Part shown: positions 1-10,547 of the stretch, piece by piece
Numbering within the stretch: the stretch's first letter is position 1
How the letters are laid out: each line of letters starts with the position of its first letter
From: an uncultured Fibrobacteria bacterium
GTDB lineage: Bacteria > Fibrobacterota > Fibrobacteria > UBA11236
Assembly: GCA_963716395.1 (NCBI GenBank)
Contig: OY970309.1
Coordinates: forward strand, 1,888,001-1,952,000
DNA: 64,000 nt
Direction of reading: 5' to 3'
Notes under the pieces: model-generated
What the model saw: the letters and a program-made list of their open reading frames with translations, nothing else
Databases searched by the model: none
What the model was told of the DNA's origin: nothing
Translations under genes and position numbers: made by a program

Positions 1-1032
1 ATGGCCGCCGCCGGCAATGCCCCGCAGACGGTCTCGACCGTCCGCGCCGCTTACCAGGACTGGCAACCACAGCTGGAAGCGGTAGGCAGCCTGCGTGCGA
101 TACAGGGCGTCGAAGTCAGCCCGGAAGTATCCGGCATCGTTTCAGCCCTGAATTTCAAGCCGGGGCAGGTCGTCAAGAAAGGCGCGGTCCTGGTGGAACT
201 GGTGGCCGAAGACGAGATCGCTAAGCTGCATTCGCTGCAGGCCGCCGCCGCTTTGTCCAAGACCACCTATGCGCGCGACCAGCAGCAATTCGAATTCAAG
301 GCGATCAGCCAGCAGACCTTGGACGTGGACAAGGCGAATGCGATGCAGGCAGATGCCGACGTCGCGGCCCAGCAGGCGCTGGTCAACAAGAAGATCATCC
401 ACGCACTGTTTTCGGGCCAGACCGGCATCCGCCTGGTCAGCGTGGGACAATACGTGAACGCCGGCACACCCTTGGTTTCGCTGCAGGAGTTGGATCCGAT
501 CTACCTGGATTTTTCCGTTCCGCAGCAAAACCTCAGCCTGATCCGCGTCGGCCAGAAAGTGTCGGCCGAGACCGACGCCTATCCAGGCGAGAAATTCAGC
601 GGACAGATTTCGGGGATCAACCCGGAGGTGGACAGCGTCACTCTCAATGTGAAGGTGCGCGCCGAATTGCCCAATCCAAACCGTCGGCTGCTTCCCGGCA
701 TGTACGCGACCGTCGACATCTTCGCCGGCGAACAGCAGCGCTACCTCACCTTGCCGCAGACCGCGGTCACCTATAACCCGTACGGAACCATCGCATACCT
801 TGTCGAGCAACAGGGCGCCAACGCCCAAGGCAAGCCCAAGCTGATCGTCAAACAGGTGTTCGTCACCACGGGCGCGACGCGCGGCGACCAGGTCGCCGTG
901 CTTAAGGGCATTCAGGAAGGCGACATGGTCGTGACCGCGGGGCAGGTCAAGCTGCACAATGGTTCTCCCGTCACCATCAACAACGACATCCAACCCAGCG
1001 ATGAGCCGCATCCGCAGCCCAAGGACGAATAA
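1..1032 (+). CDS. RND efflux periplasmic adaptor (MFP) subunit, probably 5'-truncated by the window edge
   Basis: GSLRAIQGVEVSPEVSG lipoyl motif, LLPGMY, GQVKL; directly upstream of an RND permease. Confidence 0.93.
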   Translation: MAAAGNAPQTVSTVRAAYQDWQPQLEAVGSLRAIQGVEVSPEVSGIVSALNFKPGQVVKKGAVLVELVAEDEIAKLHSLQAAAALSKTTYARDQQQFEFKAISQQTLDVDKANAMQADADVAAQQALVNKKIIHALFSGQTGIRLVSVGQYVNAGTPLVSLQELDPIYLDFSVPQQNLSLIRVGQKVSAETDAYPGEKFSGQISGINPEVDSVTLNVKVRAELPNPNRRLLPGMYATVDIFAGEQQRYLTLPQTAVTYNPYGTIAYLVEQQGANAQGKPKLIVKQVFVTTGATRGDQVAVLKGIQEGDMVVTAGQVKLHNGSPVTINNDIQPSDEPHPQPKDE

Positions 1033-1047
1033 CACGGGACTGTCAGC

Positions 1048-4000
1048 ATGAAATTTACCGATATCTTCATCCGCCGGCCGGTATTGGCCATGGTCGTCAG
1101 CCTGTTCCTGCTGGTGCTGGGCCTGCGCTCGTTCGGCACCCTGCCGATCTTGCAGTTTCCGCGCACGCAGAATGCGGTGATCACCGTGAGCACGACCTAT
1201 TTCGGCGCCGACCCGGATCTGGTGGCCGGTTTCATCACCACGCCGCTGGAAAATGCCATCGCCCAGGTCAACGGCATCGATTACATGACCTCGAGCAGCA
1301 CCAACAGCCGCAGCGTGATCACGGTGAACCTGAAGCTGAATTACGACGCGGACAAGGCGCTGACCGAGATGAACGCGCAGATCAGTTCGGTGCTCAACCA
1401 GTTGCCGCCGCAGACGCAAAAGCCGGTGATGACCATCAGCATCGGCCAGACCCTCGATGCCATGTATATCGGCTTTTCCAGCAAGGAGCTGCCGTCCAAC
1501 CGCATCACGGATTATTTGCAGCGCGTGGTGCAACCGAAACTGCAGGCGGTGGATGGCGTGCAGACCGCCGAACTGCTCGGCGCCAAGAACTTCGCCCTGC
1601 GCGCATGGCTCAACCCGAAGAAGCTGGCGGCCTACGGACTGACGGCGGCCGATGTCAGCGCGGCACTGGCGCAAAACGATTTCCTCTCCGGCGTGGGCAA
1701 CACCAAGGGGCTGATGGTGCAGACCAACCTGAATGCCTCGACCAATCTGCATTCGCTGGACGAGTTCCGCAATCTGGTGATCCGGCAATCCGGCCATGCG
1801 ATGGTGCGGCTGAAGGATATCGCCAATGTCACGCTGGGAGCCGATGACTACGACAGCCAGGTGTCCTTCGACGGCCAAGACGCAACGTATATCGGTATCC
1901 AGGTGGCGCCCAGCGCCAACCTGCTCGACGTGATCAAGCGCGTGCGCGAGGTGATGCCGGAATTACAGGCCCAGTTGCCGGAGGGGATCGACGCCCGAAT
2001 CGTTTACGACTCCACCCGCTTCGTCAACAGTTCGATCCAGGAAGTGATCAAGACCCTGATCGAAGCGATCCTCGTGATCATGCTGGTGATCTTCGCCTTC
2101 CTCGGTTCGCCGCGTTCGGTGCTGATCCCGGTGATCGCCATCCCGCTTTCGCTGATTGGAACATTCACGTTCATGCTCGCATTCGGTTTTTCCATCAACC
2201 TCCTGACCCTGCTGGCCTTCGTGCTCGCCATTGGGCTGGTGGTCGACGATGCCATCATCGTGGTGGAGAACGTCAGTCGCCACATCGAAGAAGGCGTGCC
2301 CCCGATGCAGTCCGCACTCCATGCCGCGCGCGAATTGGCCGGCCCCATCATCGCCATGACGGTCGTGCTGGTTTCGGTGTACGTGCCGATCGGATTCCAG
2401 GGCGGACTGACCGGCGCCCTGTTCACTGAATTTGCCTTCACGCTGGTCGGCACCGTCACGGTGTCTGCGATCATTGCGCTGACCCTATCGCCCATGATGT
2501 GCTCGCGGCTGCTCCGGCCGCACCGCCCGGAGGATACTGGCCTGGAATCGCGCGTCGTGCACTTCATCAATGCGACCTTTGAAAAGGTGCGGAAAGTTTA
2601 CGCGCGCACGCTGCACAACTCGCTCGACTACCTGCCGGTGACGGCGGTGTTCGCGCTGATCGTGCTGGGCAGCATTTACTTTTTGTATTCCGCCGCCAAA
2701 CATGAGCTTGCGCCGCAGGAAGACCAGGGCGTCATTATCGCCTCGCTGACGCCGGCGCCCAATTCGACCCTGCAACAACAGGAGTTGTACTCGCAACAGA
2801 ACTACCGGATCTATGCCAAACATGCGGAGACCGACCATGTCTTCCAGTTCGATTTGCCGGGCAGGATGTTTGCCGGCATGGTGCTGAAACCGTGGGACGA
2901 GCGTGACAAGACGACGAACCAGTTGCAGCCGGTGGTCCAAAAAGAATTGGGCGACATTGCCGGTGTGCAAGCGGTGGCCTTCCAGCCGCCCTCGTTGCCG
3001 GGCAGCCGCGGTTTGCCCATCCAGTTCGTCATCGGCACCACCCAGCCCTTCGACCGCCTGAACGATGTCGTGCAGAATTTCCTGGAGCAGGCGCAGAAGA
3101 GCGGCATGTTCATGTTCATCAACTCCGACCTGCGCATTGACCTGCCGCAATCCACCGTGGAAATCGACCGCAACAAGGCCGCCTTGCTCGGCCTGTCCAT
3201 GCAGGATATCGGCAACTCGCTGGCCGCCATGCTGGGAGGCGGCTACGTGAACTATTTCAGCCTGTCGGGGAGATCGTACAAGGTCATTCCCCAGGTGCAG
3301 CAGCGCTACCGCTTGAACACATCGCAGCTGCTCAACTATTACATCCGCACCGCCAGCGGCACCTCCGTGCCGCTGTCCAGCGTGGTGCACATCACGACCA
3401 AGACGGCGCCGGAATCGCTGAACCACTTCCAGCAGCTCAATGCGGCCACCGTGCAGGGCGTGGCTTCGCCCGGCATCACGACCGGCGAGGCGCTGAGCTA
3501 TCTCAAGCATCTGGCCGACCGGACTCTGCCGCAGGGCTATTCGATAGATTACGCCGGACAATCGCGCCAGTTCATGCAGGAATCCACCGGCTTCGTGACC
3601 CTGTTCGCCTTTGCGCTGATCATCATTTTCCTGGCACTGGCGGCGCAATTCGAAAGCTTCCGCGATCCGTTCATCATCCTGGTCTCGGTGCCGATGTCTG
3701 TCGCCGGCGCGCTGATCTTCGTCAGCCTGGGCATCGGCGGCGCCAGCCTGAACATCTACACGCAGGTCGGGCTGGTGACGCTGATGGGACTGATCAGCAA
3801 GCACGGCATTCTGATCGTGCAGTTTGCCAACAACCTGCGCCGGGAAGGCAAGACCAAGCGTGAGGCCATCGAGGAAGCCGCCACCATCCGGCTGCGCCCG
3901 ATTCTAATGACCACCGCCGCAATGGTGCTGGGCGTGATTCCGCTGATCGTCGCCAGCGGCGCCGGTGCGGCGGCGCGCTATAACTTAGGGCTGGTCATCG

Positions 4001-4116
4001 CCAGCGGACTCGCCATCGGCACTTTGTTCACACTGCTGGTGGTGCCGGCCGTATACATGCAGATCGCCAGCAATCACGTGAAACCACGCGCAACGGCCGA
4101 TAGCTCTACAGTCTGA
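1048..4116 (+). CDS. RND efflux permease, AcrB/AcrD/AcrF family (MexI/MexW-like)
   Basis: 1022 aa; MKFTDIFIRRPVLA, GLVVDDAIIVVEN, RLRPILMTT. Confidence 0.96.
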   Translation: MKFTDIFIRRPVLAMVVSLFLLVLGLRSFGTLPILQFPRTQNAVITVSTTYFGADPDLVAGFITTPLENAIAQVNGIDYMTSSSTNSRSVITVNLKLNYDADKALTEMNAQISSVLNQLPPQTQKPVMTISIGQTLDAMYIGFSSKELPSNRITDYLQRVVQPKLQAVDGVQTAELLGAKNFALRAWLNPKKLAAYGLTAADVSAALAQNDFLSGVGNTKGLMVQTNLNASTNLHSLDEFRNLVIRQSGHAMVRLKDIANVTLGADDYDSQVSFDGQDATYIGIQVAPSANLLDVIKRVREVMPELQAQLPEGIDARIVYDSTRFVNSSIQEVIKTLIEAILVIMLVIFAFLGSPRSVLIPVIAIPLSLIGTFTFMLAFGFSINLLTLLAFVLAIGLVVDDAIIVVENVSRHIEEGVPPMQSALHAARELAGPIIAMTVVLVSVYVPIGFQGGLTGALFTEFAFTLVGTVTVSAIIALTLSPMMCSRLLRPHRPEDTGLESRVVHFINATFEKVRKVYARTLHNSLDYLPVTAVFALIVLGSIYFLYSAAKHELAPQEDQGVIIASLTPAPNSTLQQQELYSQQNYRIYAKHAETDHVFQFDLPGRMFAGMVLKPWDERDKTTNQLQPVVQKELGDIAGVQAVAFQPPSLPGSRGLPIQFVIGTTQPFDRLNDVVQNFLEQAQKSGMFMFINSDLRIDLPQSTVEIDRNKAALLGLSMQDIGNSLAAMLGGGYVNYFSLSGRSYKVIPQVQQRYRLNTSQLLNYYIRTASGTSVPLSSVVHITTKTAPESLNHFQQLNAATVQGVASPGITTGEALSYLKHLADRTLPQGYSIDYAGQSRQFMQESTGFVTLFAFALIIIFLALAAQFESFRDPFIILVSVPMSVAGALIFVSLGIGGASLNIYTQVGLVTLMGLISKHGILIVQFANNLRREGKTKREAIEEAATIRLRPILMTTAAMVLGVIPLIVASGAGAAARYNLGLVIASGLAIGTLFTLLVVPAVYMQIASNHVKPRATADSSTV

Positions 4117-6355
4117 TGGTCAAACCGCCGCGGAACTGCCTGGGCTCGGCGGGATGAAAAACAAGGTCATCCACACCGTCCGCGGGTTCTCCCGGCAGGC
4201 GGGTCACATAATCGTAGGCCATGTCGTCGACCTGGGTGTCGAAAATATTGAAGACGTCTCCGTACACACTCACATGGCGGTTGAGGGCGCAGGTGATTTG
4301 ACCGTTGAACAGGGTCGAGGAAGAGGATCGTACGCTGTTGTCCTGGGTGAGCGCGCGGGGTCCGAAAAAGCGCATGAACAAACCCGCCGACCACGGTCCC
4401 AGGCGGTGGAGTGAAACGCCCGCTGAAACCGCGGACTCGATCGCCTCGGGCACGTACTGCCCCTCCGAATCGGGATCCACAAACCTGGCCCGCGAAAACG
4501 CAAGGTCGAGGTCGAAAAGCAGCCAGGGCACGGGTTGGTAATGCTCATTGATCTCGATCCCCATTCTGCGCGTAGGGCCTGCGGGTTCGGTGGTTCCCTC
4601 GTCGGCATCCCACACCAGCTCGGAATTGAAGTCCAACAGCCACAGCGCCAACGAGCTTTGCAATCCGGGTACCGCTTCGGAACGGCCGCCGATCTCGAAA
4701 CCGCGCGACCGGACGAGCAGTGAATCCTGGCTGATGGTCTCGCCGCTCTTGGCATCGATCGTGGCGGTGGCGCCGCGGGCGTCGTTGGAGTGATAGCCGT
4801 CCCCGAAGTTCAGGTAAAATTCCGTCTTCGCCCAAGGCCCCAGAATGAGAGAGGCCTTGGGCAGCAGGATGCCTTCGGAAACCCATCCCGAATTGGCGGG
4901 ATTGCTCGCCTGCACATTGGCGCCCAGAAACGCGTAACGAAGACCGAGGTAAAGGCGGCTCCAGGATGTGAAGTGGCTCTCCAGATCGGTCCAGTACCCG
5001 ACGGTCGGTTCCTGGACCGTGTCCACGGCCCAGGGATTCAGCCGCATCCGGTCCATGGTATGGTAGAGCGCGACGGGAGCGATGTCATCGTAGCGTGCGT
5101 CCAGGCCGAGCCGTAACTTTTCCCCCCATCCCAGCACGGAGCCATCCTTGGTCCACCGCTCCGAAGTCCCGAAAATCCAGCGATTGTCCAACTGCTCCAT
5201 TTGATCGCCGTTCACGGTGTCGTCGAGGAAAAAGGTGAAGTTGGAATACAGATTCATGTCGTACTTGACGGCGTAGGCGTTCGCGCGCAAGGCGCCGCCC
5301 CCCAATTCCCCGTCCCAGGCCGTGGAAAAGCTGTAGCGATGCGAAGAGCCGCCGTCGCTGGAATCGAGCGTTCCGTAGTAGTCCACCGCCCCTTCCGTGA
5401 CCGCTCTTTCGGGGATCTGGTTCGTGGCGTTCCACGTGCCCGAGTAGGCCATGCCTTCGAGGCTGAACAGGCCGCTGCCGAGCGGGTGGCTCCAGCGCAG
5501 CAGTTCGTTGAATTTTCGGTAATCCTCCGGCACATCCCACGGGCCGTCCTCATGCAAGGCTTCGATCCCGAGCAAGAGTTTACCGCCGAAAAGATCCGCG
5601 GAGGCTCCGCCGATGGAACGGTTATACCCGAAGGCGCCGAGGGTCTGATCCAGGAAAGGATGGGCCACGCTGTTTTCGTAATAAATATCGGCCGCGCCGG
5701 CTGAGGCAAAATCACCCCTCGAAGCATCGTAGGGGCCTTTCGTATAGTCGACGTGATCGATGAACTCCGGCAGGAGGAAATTCAGGTCATCGTAGCCCTG
5801 GCCATGGGCATGGGTGGGAAGGTTGACCGGCACGCCGTCGACCGAGGTCGCGAAATCGGTACCGTGATCGAGATTGAACCCGCGCAGCAGGAATTGGTTC
5901 GCTTTGCCGGCACCGCTGTGCTGCGTTACGATCAGCCCGGGAACCAATTCCTCCACTTCGCCGGGCCTTAACAGCGGCCTGTCTTCCAGCAACTCCTTGG
6001 TGTAGGTTCCGCTGCTGGCGGCGTCTGCGGAGCCTAAAAGGCCTTGGTAATGCCCGACCACGATGATCGGCTTCATGGGTTTAACGACTGCCGTATCCTG
6101 CCGAACATTCGGTTTCGCAGACGAACCGCTTACGGTGGCGACGGTATCGTGCTTGACCGCGCTCGTCGAATCGGCCTCAACTTGCGCCGGCAGGGTCTGC
6201 GGTTCGGGCACCTGACCGAAGCCGGCTCGAGCCCACGGCAAGGCGGCCAAGAAAAAAAAGAGCCCGCCGCGAATGAGCTTAGGCGCTTTCGGGTTGACCT
6301 GCGAGTAGCCCCGGAAGCGCATCTGCGTCTGGGCGAGGAAAAATTTTGTTGGCAT
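4106..6355 (-). CDS. TonB-dependent outer-membrane receptor
   Basis: Plug motif QHSGAGKANQFLLRGFNLDHGTDF; barrel ending EPRQFRGGLTIRL; start uncertain (6355 or 6322). Confidence 0.92.
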   Translation of the reverse strand: MPTKFFLAQTQMRFRGYSQVNPKAPKLIRGGLFFFLAALPWARAGFGQVPEPQTLPAQVEADSTSAVKHDTVATVSGSSAKPNVRQDTAVVKPMKPIIVVGHYQGLLGSADAASSGTYTKELLEDRPLLRPGEVEELVPGLIVTQHSGAGKANQFLLRGFNLDHGTDFATSVDGVPVNLPTHAHGQGYDDLNFLLPEFIDHVDYTKGPYDASRGDFASAGAADIYYENSVAHPFLDQTLGAFGYNRSIGGASADLFGGKLLLGIEALHEDGPWDVPEDYRKFNELLRWSHPLGSGLFSLEGMAYSGTWNATNQIPERAVTEGAVDYYGTLDSSDGGSSHRYSFSTAWDGELGGGALRANAYAVKYDMNLYSNFTFFLDDTVNGDQMEQLDNRWIFGTSERWTKDGSVLGWGEKLRLGLDARYDDIAPVALYHTMDRMRLNPWAVDTVQEPTVGYWTDLESHFTSWSRLYLGLRYAFLGANVQASNPANSGWVSEGILLPKASLILGPWAKTEFYLNFGDGYHSNDARGATATIDAKSGETISQDSLLVRSRGFEIGGRSEAVPGLQSSLALWLLDFNSELVWDADEGTTEPAGPTRRMGIEINEHYQPVPWLLFDLDLAFSRARFVDPDSEGQYVPEAIESAVSAGVSLHRLGPWSAGLFMRFFGPRALTQDNSVRSSSSTLFNGQITCALNRHVSVYGDVFNIFDTQVDDMAYDYVTRLPGEPADGVDDLVFHPAEPRQFRGGLTIRL

Positions 6356-6388
6356 AAAAACTCCCGGTTTTTTTGAACGCAGCTCTGG

Positions 6389-6413
6389 TATTATTATTTT
6401 AATAAACGTAATA
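6389..6413. promoter_or_regulatory. Putative NikR-type operator TATTA-N15-TAATA
   Basis: AT-rich dyad just upstream of the TBDR; fits the TRWYA-N15-TRWYA consensus. Confidence 0.45.
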
Positions 6414-6563
6414 AGTACACTCCGTTCCTCCCAAGCGCAAGGCGTTTCGCGGCGAATTGGTTCTTCCTGGGGATCGGTGATATTGGGTCGCAACCCGAAG
6501 CCGGCCGGCGCGGCACACAGGTCGCCGCTTCGGGGTCGGGCGCGAAATTGATACACTTTCGGC

Positions 6564-8009
6564 ATGGAAATGAGTGAAGCGTTAAGCCGATTCGACGCCC
6601 TGACGCCCCTCGTGCTGGGCGACAGTTTTATCGATGAATACGTAACCGGCGACTGCTCGCGGCTTTCGCCCGAGGCCCCGGTTCCGGTGCTGCATGTGGA
6701 TGCGGGACAGACCCGGCGCGTGTTGGGAGGCGCAGCCAATACCGCCGCCAATATCGCCGCCTTGGGCGGCAAGCCGGTGCTCTTCGCCCTGTACGCGCGC
6801 GACGACATGGGCCAGGAATTTGAAGCGCAATGCGCGGCCGCGGCCGTAACCCTCGAACCTTTTCACGACGGCCGCCCCACGCCACGCAAGACCCGGCTTT
6901 TGGGCCAGCGCCAGCAATTGCTGCGGCTTGATTATGAGGAAACCCGCGACGTCGAGGCCGATGTCGAAGCGCACCTATTCGCCGTTTTTCAACGGCGCCT
7001 GCCGCACGCCGATTTCGTGGTCTTCTCCGATTATGCCAAAGGGTTGCTCACGGCCGAGCTTGCCCCGCGCCTGATTCGCGCTGCCCGCGCCGCCGGAAAA
7101 CCGGTGATCGTCGATCCGCGCCCGCAGCATGCGGACCGCTACCACGGCTGCGATTACCTTACGCCCAACTGGAAGGAATCTTTGGGCATGCTGGGCCGCG
7201 GAGAACTCGAACCCACCATGGCCAATGTGCGCGACGTCGGCGACACCTTGCGGCGGCGGCAGGAATCGCATGTGCTGCTCACCCTGGGCCCCAAGGGCAT
7301 GGCGTTTTTCCATCGCGACTCCGGCGAATTCTTTCACCTTCCCACCGCCGCGCGCGAAGTGTATGACGTGTCCGGCGCTGGCGACACCGTGGTGGCGGCC
7401 TTCGCCCTGGCCCATGCGGCCGGAATGTCGCACCGCGCGGCCGTCGAATTGGCCAATCGCGCCGCGGGCGTGGTGGTGGGCAAATTGGGAACCGCCACGG
7501 TCACGCGCGAGGAGTTGTCGCAGCCGTCGTCCGGGGGCGGTTTGCTGGTCCGGAACCAACTGGCGCCTTTGGCCGCCTTGCTGCGCGCCCAGGGAAAATC
7601 CATCGTGACCCTCAACGGCTCCTTCGACCTGTTGCATGCCGGCCACTTGCACATTCTCACAGAGGCCAAAAATCAAGGCGACATGCTGATCGTGGGCTTG
7701 AACAGCGATGCTTCGGTGCGGCGCTATAAGGCGGCTGGGCGCCCTTTGATTCCCCAGACCGAACGCGCGCGCATGCTGCTGGCCCTGCGTTGTGTGGACT
7801 ACGTGCACATCTTCGACGAAGACGTGCCCATGCCCTTTCTCGCAGCCGTGCGACCCGACGTGCACGTGAACGGGTCGGAATACGGCCAAGACTGCATCGA
7901 AGCCCCGACGGTCCGGCGCTTCGGCGGCCGCATCCACATCGTGGAAAAAATCCCCGGTCTTTCCACCAGCGCGCTTCTCGACCGCATCCGTAACCTGCCG
8001 GTGTCGTAA
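6564..8009 (+). CDS. hldE: Bifunctional heptose-7-phosphate kinase / heptose-1-phosphate adenylyltransferase
   Basis: RLSPEAPVPV, SDYAKG, DVSGAGDTV, NGSFDLLHAGH, GLNSDASV. Confidence 0.95.
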   Translation: MEMSEALSRFDALTPLVLGDSFIDEYVTGDCSRLSPEAPVPVLHVDAGQTRRVLGGAANTAANIAALGGKPVLFALYARDDMGQEFEAQCAAAAVTLEPFHDGRPTPRKTRLLGQRQQLLRLDYEETRDVEADVEAHLFAVFQRRLPHADFVVFSDYAKGLLTAELAPRLIRAARAAGKPVIVDPRPQHADRYHGCDYLTPNWKESLGMLGRGELEPTMANVRDVGDTLRRRQESHVLLTLGPKGMAFFHRDSGEFFHLPTAAREVYDVSGAGDTVVAAFALAHAAGMSHRAAVELANRAAGVVVGKLGTATVTREELSQPSSGGGLLVRNQLAPLAALLRAQGKSIVTLNGSFDLLHAGHLHILTEAKNQGDMLIVGLNSDASVRRYKAAGRPLIPQTERARMLLALRCVDYVHIFDEDVPMPFLAAVRPDVHVNGSEYGQDCIEAPTVRRFGGRIHIVEKIPGLSTSALLDRIRNLPVS

Positions 8010-8013
8010 GCCC

Positions 8014-8391
8014 ATGCGCATCCACGCGCTGGATTCTTTTTCCGAGGCCCCGCGCGGAAAATTCGTGCTGCTGCGCTTTCGGGGAACGGTGCATTTCGTT
8101 TCGGGATCGGTGGAGCAGCGGCCCTATCACGCGAATCTCATCTTCGACTTCTTCGCGCAAACGGAATGGGGCCGCGCCGAATGGGAGGGGGAGACCCGGT
8201 GCGCAATCCGCACCCCGGGTTGGGAGATTCTCGGCGGCGGCCGCTATGAAATCGACGAGGCCGAGGGCGTGTTGATTTTATCCGAGAAGTCCACTGCCTA
8301 TGGAAAGTTCTCCGCGGAAGAAATCGCTGCGCAGGCGGCCGATTTGCTTGCGGCCATGCCGTCTCCGGGTTTTCGTCTGCGCCTCGATTGA
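8014..8391 (+). CDS. Hypothetical protein (125 aa)
   Basis: Starts 4 nt after hldE; coding-like codon usage. Confidence 0.75.
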   Translation: MRIHALDSFSEAPRGKFVLLRFRGTVHFVSGSVEQRPYHANLIFDFFAQTEWGRAEWEGETRCAIRTPGWEILGGGRYEIDEAEGVLILSEKSTAYGKFSAEEIAAQAADLLAAMPSPGFRLRLD

Positions 8392-8702
8392 GAGGTCGCA
8401 TGCACCTTCGGCGCGAGGAGATGAATTTTCTCGGTTCTCGCACATTGTTATCCAAATTTTGGTATGTGGTTACCTTAATCAAGGAGTTTTTACCCGTATT
8501 TCGTTATCCGAAAAACGAAATTTCTGAATGCAATTTATAGGATAATTTCTAATTTAAGCGGAAATAAGCCGGATTATGGCTGTATACCGTTATCCCTCTA
8601 TAAAGAATTGATTGTTTTCCGGTCCCGTTATCGAATATATTGACCTTAACTTCTTCGGAAGTCGGAGACTGCGAAACACATCACTACCACGGAGAGAGGA
8701 TC

Positions 8703-9518
8703 ATGAAACTTACCAACGCCATTTCACCCGTTCTGAAATACAGCGCTGCGGCCGCGCTGTTGACCTTGGGATTCACCGGCTGCATGACTTCGCCGAGTAG
8801 TAGCAGCAATACGGCCGGCTACACCAGCAGCGGTGAAAGCGCCTTTATCAAACAAGAATCCGAAAACATGGGCCAGGTGTGGAACAGCGGCGCATCGGCC
8901 TCGACTTCGACCGGCTTGGCCAAAGAGGCTTCCGACACCGTCATGGACACCATCACCGGCGACCTGGTGATCACACCGCTGCACTATGACTCCGCCTGCC
9001 AATGCTTTGTGCGCGTGGCGAATTACACCAGCTCGGTGGGCTTCGAACGCCAGCGCCTCGACAGCATCACCTTGGTTGACTCGAACGGCAATCCCATGAG
9101 CCGGTTTCGGCCGTTGCTGGCGAAGACCATCATCCATAACCGGCACGTGACCCGAATCCGTAGCAATCTGGGTACTGAGGTCGACGTCAATTTCAATACC
9201 ACTTTGACCTGGGCCGACAGCGGCAGCAAGCGCGTCGGCGTCTGGAACGGTACCATCACCGGAACCTTCAACGGCGTGACGTTCAAGACGGGCAGCATCG
9301 ACAACGTCGTGCGCACCTGGTACCCCCTGTTGCTGCGCTTCGGATTTCCGTCATCCGGTTCCATCGATATCGATCGCATCTCGGGCAAAGGGGCCGAATT
9401 CACGCTCGACATCGTCTTCACCGGCGAAGGCTCGGCCGATGTGTCCGTGACCAATAAAGCGACGGACAAAACGCTCACGATTCATATCGGATTGAACAAC
9501 GTGGAAACTTCAGGATAG
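8703..9518 (+). CDS. Hypothetical lipoprotein, beta-rich
   Basis: GGAGAGAGG RBS; signal peptide with lipobox FTGC; Ser-rich linker. Confidence 0.85.
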   Translation: MKLTNAISPVLKYSAAAALLTLGFTGCMTSPSSSSNTAGYTSSGESAFIKQESENMGQVWNSGASASTSTGLAKEASDTVMDTITGDLVITPLHYDSACQCFVRVANYTSSVGFERQRLDSITLVDSNGNPMSRFRPLLAKTIIHNRHVTRIRSNLGTEVDVNFNTTLTWADSGSKRVGVWNGTITGTFNGVTFKTGSIDNVVRTWYPLLLRFGFPSSGSIDIDRISGKGAEFTLDIVFTGEGSADVSVTNKATDKTLTIHIGLNNVETSG

Positions 9519-9527
9519 GTCGAGGGA

Positions 9528-9559
9528 CGCGGCCTTGGGGCTACGGCCCTGGGGCCGCG
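9528..9559 (+). terminator. GC-rich hairpin with cTACGg loop after the lipoprotein gene
   Basis: CGCGGCC...GGCCGCG stem; no U tract. Confidence 0.45.
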
Positions 9560-9598
9560 GGGCCGCCATGAACGTGTTCGTTCCCCATACCATTTCCC

Positions 9599-9630
9599 GA
9601 CCCGCTTTTCCGAGAGGCGGGTCTTGTTAT
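9599..9630 (+). terminator. Putative intrinsic terminator or attenuator hairpin
   Basis: GACCCGC...GCGGGTC stem followed by TTGTTAT. Confidence 0.5.
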
Positions 9631-9647
9631 TCTGAAATGTAAAGATC

Positions 9648-10547
9648 ATGGAACCACAGCCCCTCCCCGCCGCGCGACCGAACGTCTACCAATACGACGA
9701 TTTCCGGGCCTTTTTGCGCGACGCCTTCGCGTTCAAAAAAGGCGAAGACCCGGAGTATTCCCACCGCAAGTTCGCCCGGGCCGCAGGCATCGCCAATCCC
9801 GGCTATCTGCTCGACGTCATTCTGGGCAAGCGACCCTTGAGCCGCAATCAGGCTGCGAAAATGGCGCCGGTGTTCGGATTAAACGAGGCCGAAGCCGAAT
9901 TTTTTTTCCGCTTGGCCGAGTTCGGCCAAAGCAAAAAAGACGCGGAGCGGCAGGAGTTGTACCACGATTTGCTGTTGCGCCGCAACCGCAGCCGCTTTGC
10001 GCGCCTCAGCCCTTCGCTGGTCAAGTATTATCAGGATTACCGCTACGCGCTGGTGCGCTGTGCGGTCGAAGCCCTGGATTTCCGCGGCGATTACGAGGCC
10101 CTGGGAAAATTCCTCGATCCGCAGGTGGCGCCGGCCGTGGCGCGCAAATGCGTGCAAGAACTGGAAGCATGGGGACTGATCGTGAAGGACGAAAGCGGCC
10201 GCTACCGCGTCACGCAGAAATTCGTGGAGCCGCCGCCCACCCTGTCGGCCATGGTGCGCCGCCTGAACCGGGAATGGATTCTGCAGGCGGCCGAAGTGCC
10301 GTTTAAATTTGGTCCGGAGGATCGGCATGTCTCCGCCCTTTTGCTGATGGTGAGTGAAACCACGCGCCGGCAGTTGATGGCTAAGGTCGAGCAGTTCCGC
10401 AAGGAAGTGCTGGACTTGGTGGAAAAGGACGAGCATCCCGAAACCATCTTGCAACTATCGGTGCAACTGTTTCCCAAGTCACGCCGTCCAGCGCGTCCGG
10501 GTCGCGAAAAGAATCGCGAAAAGAATCACGAAGAGGAGAAGCCATGA
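9648..10547 (+). CDS. TIGR02147 family protein (N-terminal HTH-like region, DUF4423)
   Basis: YDDFRAFLRD, YSHRKFARAAGI..PGYL..VILGKR and C-terminal QLSVQLFP typical of this paralog family. Confidence 0.88.
   Translation: MEPQPLPAARPNVYQYDDFRAFLRDAFAFKKGEDPEYSHRKFARAAGIANPGYLLDVILGKRPLSRNQAAKMAPVFGLNEAEAEFFFRLAEFGQSKKDAERQELYHDLLLRRNRSRFARLSPSLVKYYQDYRYALVRCAVEALDFRGDYEALGKFLDPQVAPAVARKCVQELEAWGLIVKDESGRYRVTQKFVEPPPTLSAMVRRLNREWILQAAEVPFKFGPEDRHVSALLLMVSETTRRQLMAKVEQFRKEVLDLVEKDEHPETILQLSVQLFPKSRRPARPGREKNREKNHEEEKP

Noticed and set aside
1-4116. RND pump lacking an outer-membrane factor as an unusual system
   Set aside because: The operon starts outside the window, and OMFs are often encoded upstream or elsewhere
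8440-8640. oriC with DnaA boxes (TTATCCnnn in an AT-rich region)
   Set aside because: Only one box is within one mismatch of TTATCCACA, and there is no dnaA/dnaN/gid context
10500-10535. 12-bp tandem repeats here and at 46493-46525 as CRISPR or phase-variation tracts
   Set aside because: Only 2-3 units, no spacers, unit length a multiple of three; ordinary slippage
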